Positions 60,701-64,000 of a stretch of DNA of 64,000 bases are shown here, in pieces (within the stretch, counting starts at the first letter, position 1; the number at the start of each line of letters is the position of its first letter). The stretch covers positions 1 through 64,000 of the forward strand of contig NIVC01002582.1 of NCBI GenBank assembly GCA_002269645.1, written 5' to 3'. Both the position numbers and the translations under genes were made by a program. The notes beneath the pieces were generated by a model. The model searched no databases, was not told the origin of the DNA, and was given only the letters and a program-made list of their open reading frames with translations. This stretch comes from Macrostomum lignano. Lineage: Eukaryota.

Positions 60701-63102
60701 ACGAACCTCAGCCTAGGGGCGGGGACGGGCCTAAACTAGCTCAGCCAATGAGAGAAGTAGGGAGAGAGGTCAAAGTCAGACGGACCAAACAGCCTAGGGG
60801 AAGGCCTAATCTGGCTCAGCCAATTAGAGAGCAGTTAGGAGAGAGGTCAAAGTCAGACACAAGCGGGCAAGAAAAAAGCCTATCTGTTAATCGGCCTGGC
60901 TAGGTCGCCACCCCTTTTCTCTCTTGCTCGCTATGCACACGCACTGGATTTGGCTTTTTCAAGTTTTCCAGCAGTTTTCAGTCTTAACTTTGTAAAGTTC
61001 AAGTCTGGGGCTGTCTAGAGTCGGGTAAAATGAGGATGAAGAATTCTGATTTAATGGATCAAATTATAGAAACCCAGAGGCGATGAAACAAGGCAGATGA
61101 AACAAAGGTGTAGATAAGTGCATTTTTGTGAGTGAAATATCTAGTAAATTATGGTAAATGTACTTTTGTCTGAAGAAATATCGTTTAGAGAAAAATTTAG
61201 TTAAAAGTGCCTTTGAGGATAAGTTTTTATTCGTTGTTTTTCTGTCGTTAAAAATTACAAAGAAAAAGCTAATATTTCTACTGATGATAGGGTATAAGTA
61301 GTGTAATTCAGACGTGGCTTTTAATTTTCGGTGTAACATTTTTCTTTAATCTACTTATTAATGCAAAGCAGCAAAGCTGAGTAGTATAAATCGATTCACT
61401 CTATTCACGCACACTATTCAGCTACCCACGATTGTCCTACAAAACGCGAAATTACGCATGGCGCCAAAACCGAACTCGGATCATCCGAATCTCTACGGCG
61501 AACTAAAAATGCACGGTCGCCATTCCGCTCTGGCACTGTTCCAAGGCGACTTCTCAGCCAGGCGTTGGGGCGTGTTTATGCTGCGCGATCTGCAATTGAG
61601 CTTCGAATCCGAGGCCAGGCACAAGTTCGACTTGGAGGACAGCCGATTGGACCTGAGACAGTTAGATCTGTGCATCAATCAGCAGTTGAAATGCTCACTT
61701 GGCGGCGATATTCGACAGGATCGAAGCCAGAAAATTCTAGCCGTAATAGCCTGCATTAGCAATCAGAATAACAAGCATCCGTCACTGACTAACGCGGTTG
61801 CTAGGCAGTGGTTTCAGTATAGCATCGGCTGCGTCTGCTCCGAGGATATGCAGGTGAGGCTTTGGCGCTTATGTGCTTGTTGTTTTTTATATTAGCCGAT
61901 ATGTATCAAATTACACAAATTCAGTCTTCATATAGTTGTTTTATATTAGCCGATATGTATCGAAGTACACATAATCAGTCTTCATATAGTTGTTTTTTTA
62001 TATTAGCCGATATGTATCGAAGTACACATAACCGCAGTCTACGTATTGTTTTATATATTAGCTGATATATATCGAAGTAAACGTAACCGCAGTTTACATA
62101 TGCAGTAGTTGCTTTTCATATTAGCCGATATGTATCAAAGTAAACATAATCACAGTCTACATATAGTTGCTTTTCATATTAGCCGATATGTATCAAAGTA
62201 AACATAATCACAGTCTACATATAGTTGTTTTTTTATATTAGCCGATTTGTATCAAAGTACACATAACCTCAGTCTACATATTGTTTTATATATTAGCCGA
62301 CATTTATCGAAGTACATATAATCACAGCCTACATGTACATTAGTTTTATATATATTAGCCGATATGTATCGAAAATAACTTATAAAAAATTATCTGTCCA
62401 CGCTACTCCGACTAGGCCTTCCCCAAGCTGGAGTACATCAATCCGCCAGAGCTGGCCGGCCGAGCGCCCGCCAGTTTCCCGGTCACGCCGGAGTACATCT
62501 TCCGCTTGCCGCAGCTGCAGATTGTCCTCATCACGGATCACGATCAGACGTACGCTGTGCCCCGTTTAGACGGCGATCGGCCAGTGGTGCAGTGCACTTT
62601 TATCGGCTCCAGCACCGGCAACATTATCTATAGCAACAATAGCCAGCACCTGCTGTTCCTTCGCGATCTAATTCTGGACAGCATTGGCGAGACTCGGTCG
62701 GCTCGAAGCGCCAAAGAATCGGACGAAGGCGCCTCTGCAGCGGCCGCCGACGCCACCAGCACGCAGAGTCCGTTGCTGCGCGATTTTCGGGCCTTTCAAA
62801 CTCGCCAATTCGATAGCACGTTTCGTATTCGAACCCAGGAGACTAGCTCCTCGAATATTGTTGTGCTGGACTATATATTGAACAATATCGGTATCAAGCA
62901 CTTCAAAGAGACCATACCGAAATGGATTCAACGGGGCCTAATGGACAATCTAGATTCGGTCCTGGCCGGCCTCATGCACAAATCCATCGACTACATGACC
63001 GAGGGCGGCTGTCAGGAGGACGAGGAAGAGCTGCTGGGCTCCGCCGCCGCTTCAAGCGATGCCACTTCGTCGCTGGCTACTGCTGTTGTGAAATCAAAAT
63101 GA
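18575..63102 (+). CDS. BLTP1: Bridge-like lipid transfer protein 1 (KIAA1109/tweek/lpd-3) homolog, complete 31-exon gene, ~4,860 aa
   Basis: N-terminal TM ([17 protein letters not shown] ~ WIIYLTYYNSRNVGLIL), [51 protein letters not shown]-terminal [32 protein letters not shown]; exon lengths sum to 14,588 nt, one base short of a multiple of 3, matching one frameshift in exon 14. Confidence 0.95.
19264..19927 (+). CDS. BLTP1: BLTP1 exon 2
   Basis: [26 protein letters not shown]...[19 protein letters not shown]; AG/GT boundaries. Confidence 0.9.
20015..20084 (+). CDS. BLTP1: BLTP1 exon 3 (70 nt)
   Basis: [14 protein letters not shown] ~ human WRSLIPVIKVNVST. Confidence 0.88.
20120..21000. 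repeat. 56-bp dimeric minisatellite, BLTP1 intron 3
   Basis: GGGGCAGAGGGAAAGAAATAGTACATT + GGGGCAGAGGCTATTGGAGAGTGTACACT. Confidence 0.95.
21164..21360 (+). CDS. BLTP1: BLTP1 exon 4
   Basis: [16 protein letters not shown] ~ GRLAFGNHYQPQTLCI. Confidence 0.9.
21420..21800. repeat. 23-bp minisatellite, intron 4
   Basis: CAGCCTCGGTAAACCCTCTGGGA units. Confidence 0.92.
21832..22359 (+). CDS. BLTP1: BLTP1 exon 5
   Basis: [19 protein letters not shown]. Confidence 0.92.
22490..22930. repeat. Pyrimidine (CT-rich) tandem repeat, intron 5
   Basis: TCCCCTCTCTCT-type units. Confidence 0.93.
23056..23341 (+). CDS. BLTP1: BLTP1 exon 6
   Basis: [24 protein letters not shown]. Confidence 0.9.
23390..24010. 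repeat. GAGACTAGACAGAGATA repeat with (GA)n core, intron 6
   Basis: Directly visible. Confidence 0.93.
24236..24703 (+). CDS. BLTP1: BLTP1 exon 7
   Basis: [25 protein letters not shown]. Confidence 0.9.
24745..26215. repeat. Two adjacent arrays in intron 7: ~23-bp (TTTGACAGGCTCTCAAACAGACAC) then 44-bp (TTAGACAGAAAATTAGACAGAACATTAAACAGATACTTATGTTC)
   Basis: Switch near 25450. Confidence 0.95.
26334..26837 (+). CDS. BLTP1: BLTP1 exon 8
   Basis: [32 protein letters not shown]. Confidence 0.92.
26900..30870. repeat. ~4-kb polypyrimidine 33-bp minisatellite with higher-order blocks, intron 8
   Basis: CTCGCCTTCCCTTCTCTCCCTTTCTTCTCTCCT units; variant markers recur at 504 and 1100 bp. Confidence 0.97.
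31015..31215 (+). CDS. BLTP1: BLTP1 exon 9
   Basis: [27 protein letters not shown]. Confidence 0.93.
31365..32780. repeat. 41-bp palindrome-rich minisatellite, intron 9
   Basis: ACTGTACAGTAGCTACTATGATGTACATGTACTCAAGTGTC, about 30 copies, degenerating at the 3' end. Confidence 0.96.
32913..33242 (+). CDS. BLTP1: BLTP1 exon 10
   Basis: [22 protein letters not shown]; weak donor GAG|GTCGGG required by homology and phase. Confidence 0.85.
33275..33790. repeat. Compound microsatellite (TCTG)n-(TCTA)n, intron 10
   Basis: Directly visible; switch near 33537. Confidence 0.97.
33854..34207 (+). CDS. BLTP1: BLTP1 exon 11
   Basis: [28 protein letters not shown]. Confidence 0.92.
34425..34905. repeat. 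22-bp minisatellite, intron 11
   Basis: AGAGGCCAAGCTAGAGGTCATT. Confidence 0.95.
34984..35333 (+). CDS. BLTP1: BLTP1 exon 12
   Basis: AG/GT boundaries, phase 0 to 2 fits neighbours; Ser-rich. Confidence 0.75.
35420..36130. repeat. G-rich minisatellite, intron 12
   Basis: GAATGGTGAAGGGGAAGATCCGGGATGGGGAA-type units. Confidence 0.93.
36204..37830 (+). CDS. BLTP1: BLTP1 exon 13 (1,627 nt)
   Basis: ORF 36211-37854; [32 protein letters not shown]. Confidence 0.9.
37852..38122 (-). mobile_element. CORE-like SINE (family 1), copy D, intron 13
   Basis: A/B boxes and CORE-like block on minus strand; same tail. Confidence 0.88.
38363..38662 (+). CDS. BLTP1: BLTP1 exon 14 (apparent 1-bp deletion near 38535-38545)
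   Basis: [12 protein letters not shown] in one frame; [14 protein letters not shown]...STLGG in the other frame gives the phase-1 GTGAGC donor needed for exon 15. Confidence 0.8.
38700..39190. repeat. 30-bp minisatellite, intron 14
   Basis: GAGTTGGTAGGTCACCATGGGTCAGTGTTG. Confidence 0.94.
39231..40267 (+). CDS. BLTP1: BLTP1 exon 15
   Basis: [25 protein letters not shown]. Confidence 0.9.
40758..41000 (+). CDS. BLTP1: BLTP1 exon 16
   Basis: AG/GT, phase 0-0; VLFRPLL. Confidence 0.82.
41382..42008 (+). CDS. BLTP1: BLTP1 exon 17
   Basis: [14 protein letters not shown]. Confidence 0.88.
42110..42410. repeat. 18-bp C-rich minisatellite, intron 17
   Basis: CCCAGATCCCAACCCCAT. Confidence 0.93.
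42530..43512 (+). CDS. BLTP1: BLTP1 exon 18
   Basis: [23 protein letters not shown]; donor at 43513 (in-phase alternative at 43522). Confidence 0.85.
43528..44790. repeat. 16-bp subunit minisatellite, intron 18
   Basis: CTGGGTATCTGCTTGT / CTGGGTATCTGATTTC. Confidence 0.96.
44956..45529 (+). CDS. BLTP1: BLTP1 exon 19
   Basis: [25 protein letters not shown]. Confidence 0.85.
45530..45910. repeat. ~52-bp repeat containing TTTCAG|GTGAGA, intron 19
   Basis: Array starts at the true donor. Confidence 0.92.
46089..46472 (+). CDS. BLTP1: BLTP1 exon 20
   Basis: [24 protein letters not shown]. Confidence 0.88.
46500..47530. repeat. 21-bp minisatellite, intron 20
   Basis: TCTTGACGGCCTGACACCCTA. Confidence 0.95.
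47585..47800 (+). CDS. BLTP1: BLTP1 exon 21
   Basis: [13 protein letters not shown]. Confidence 0.85.
47870..48925. repeat. 23-bp minisatellite with 136-bp higher-order repeat, intron 21
   Basis: GCAAATCCCGTGAATGCCAATTA; marker CATAAATATC at ~48151, 48287, 48423, 48559, 48695. Confidence 0.95.
48972..49247 (+). CDS. BLTP1: BLTP1 exon 22
   Basis: [21 protein letters not shown]. Confidence 0.85.
49330..50330. repeat. ~33-bp minisatellite, intron 22
   Basis: CCCGGGAATCCCATATTTTTATTGGGGTTTTCCT. Confidence 0.94.
50376..51172 (+). CDS. BLTP1: BLTP1 exon 23
   Basis: [49 protein letters not shown]. Confidence 0.92.
51860..53720. repeat. 23/25-bp minisatellite, intron 23
   Basis: GAGAATCGCCCTCCAAT + CCCTCTTT/CTCTCT/CCCACTTT/CTCTCTTT variants. 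Confidence 0.97.
54173..54253 (+). CDS. BLTP1: BLTP1 exon 24 (81 nt, frame-preserving)
   Basis: ACGCAG acceptor, AG|GTGAGT donor, phase 2-2, no stop. Confidence 0.7.
54380..54955. repeat. 21-bp minisatellite, intron 24
   Basis: GAGACGGTGAGATAGGAGATA. Confidence 0.95.
55011..55446 (+). CDS. BLTP1: BLTP1 exon 25
   Basis: [18 protein letters not shown]. Confidence 0.85.
55490..57175. repeat. ~33-bp minisatellite, intron 25
   Basis: GGAGGAAATCCGCTCTTTCCGCCCCCTCATTTTT. Confidence 0.96.
57284..57694 (+). CDS. BLTP1: BLTP1 exon 26
   Basis: [42 protein letters not shown]. Confidence 0.92.
57756..58070 (+). mobile_element. CORE-like SINE (family 1), copy E, intron 26
   Basis: Full length: A box, B box, CORE-like block, tail. 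Confidence 0.9.
58296..58759 (+). CDS. BLTP1: BLTP1 exon 27
   Basis: [26 protein letters not shown]. Confidence 0.92.
58976..59270 (+). CDS. BLTP1: BLTP1 exon 28
   Basis: [22 protein letters not shown]. Confidence 0.9.
59722..59960 (+). mobile_element. tRNA-derived SINE (family 2), intron 28
   Basis: A box TAGCCCAGTGG, B-box-like GCTCGATTCC; body homologous to 14190-14490. Confidence 0.68.
60022..60483 (+). CDS. BLTP1: BLTP1 exon 29
   Basis: [20 protein letters not shown]. Confidence 0.92.
60630..60865. promoter_or_regulatory. Three tandem ~75-85-bp units, each with a CCAAT box and AGGTCAAAGTCA, intron 29
   Basis: CCAAT at ~60660, 60745, 60820; AGGTCAAAGTCA at ~60684, 60768, 60844; one GGGGCGGGG box; function inferred only. 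Confidence 0.4.
61422..61853 (+). CDS. BLTP1: BLTP1 exon 30
   Basis: [21 protein letters not shown]. Confidence 0.9.
61880..62375. repeat. ~47-bp repeat built on GCCGATATGTATCGA, intron 30
   Basis: About nine degenerate units. Confidence 0.88.
62416..63102 (+). CDS. BLTP1: BLTP1 exon 31 (terminal)
   Basis: [43 protein letters not shown]; TGA 63100-63102. Confidence 0.93.
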   Translation, partial: AFPKLEYINPPELAGRAPASFPVTPEYIFRLPQLQIVLITDHDQTYAVPRLDGDRPVVQCTFIGSSTGNIIYSNNSQHLLFLRDLILDSIGETRSARSAKESDEGASAAAADATSTQSPLLRDFRAFQTRQFDSTFRIRTQETSSSNIVVLDYILNNIGIKHFKETIPKWIQRGLMDNLDSVLAGLMHKSIDYMTEGGCQEDEEELLGSAAASSDATSSLATAVVKSK

Positions 63103-64000
63103 TTTGTTTTTTTTCTAATTTAGACTAGGCCTCGCTAACTGCACTACTTGTCAGTAGGATGTCTTGGATTTGCTCATTTAAAATCTTTAAAAATAATAGA
63201 AAAATCGTCTGTTTATACCAGAAATATCATTCGAAAATTGCTAATTATACTACTTATGGTATGCAATTTTATAGAAGCATAATACGCATTTTAAGAAAAT
63301 TTAAATTTGATTTCATAAATTATAGCGACTACTTAAAGTGTGCATTTTTAGTACCAAAATACGCATTTTAAGGAAATAAAATTTCGATTTCATAAATAAT
63401 AATTAGCGATTTTACGAGCTGTTATATTAAGATATAATGAGAAAAAAATCGACCAATATTTGAATGCTATTATTAGTTAACTTATTTAATATGTGAACGC
63501 CAAAAATTAAAGTTCTATATTTCATACGTGATATTTACTGCTTATGTTTTATGATTTCGCAAATGCTACTACTACTATACTGCAGTAGTATGATTTATCG
63601 GTGATAAACGTAGGAAAACAAATTAGTTTTTAATTACTTAATTTATACGCGCTCTCAGTTAGACTATTCACTTTTACTTTCTCATTTTCATTGCTTGATT
63701 GAGTAATTTCTTATTGAATATTAATGTTAATATTTACATAGCATATTTTGCTACTCACATTGAGTAGTCTAATGCCGCTTGTCAGTATCGTTACTTCGCG
63801 TACCTATAATCTATTAAAATTTTTGCTTAGGTACCTTTACTGTTTTAAAACTGCGTTGCTTGTGTTTCAGAATTGTTGGTGAATTCTGACACGTTATAAT
63901 GACATGGCAATATTATTTAAAATGCTGTCTGTATATGGAAAAAATAAAAATACTTCAATATAAATTTTGCCTCTTCGTTGGCAATAATTCTTTTTTATTG

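Noticed and set aside
1-63102. Functional clustering of three membrane/ER-related genes (TMEM127, PARP16, BLTP1)
   Set aside because: No known shared pathway or conserved synteny; adjacency alone is not evidence.

Overview
Eukaryotic (metazoan) genomic DNA. Poly-Q/A/G/S low-complexity coding runs, CpG-rich exons and minisatellite-filled introns suggest a Macrostomum-type flatworm; this is inference and was not verified. Genes: a TMEM127 homolog on the minus strand (3 exons, runs off the left edge, with an apparent compensating frameshift pair in exon 3); an intronless orphan ORF (12713-13489); a 2-exon PARP16 homolog (15101-16620); and a complete BLTP1/KIAA1109/tweek/lpd-3 lipid-bridge gene (31 coding exons, 18575-63102, about 4,860 aa, all splice phases consistent except one apparent 1-bp deletion in exon 14). 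The ~10 kb between TMEM127 and the orphan ORF is CpG-poor and holds DNA transposon relics: a MULE derivative with TIRs and TSD, a PIF/Harbinger MITE with 63-bp perfect TIRs, and a full-length dead mariner. Two tRNA-derived SINE families are present (five copies of a CORE-like SINE, two of a second family). The most unusual features: nearly every intron carries its own private tandem array, many monomers contain copies of a splice donor or acceptor, and a 15-bp quasi-palindrome (GCCGATATGTATCGA) is scattered through two groups of consecutive introns in opposite orientations. All very long ORFs in the track that lie over repeats are artefacts. Exon models and protein comparisons were done by hand and from memory of the human orthologs.
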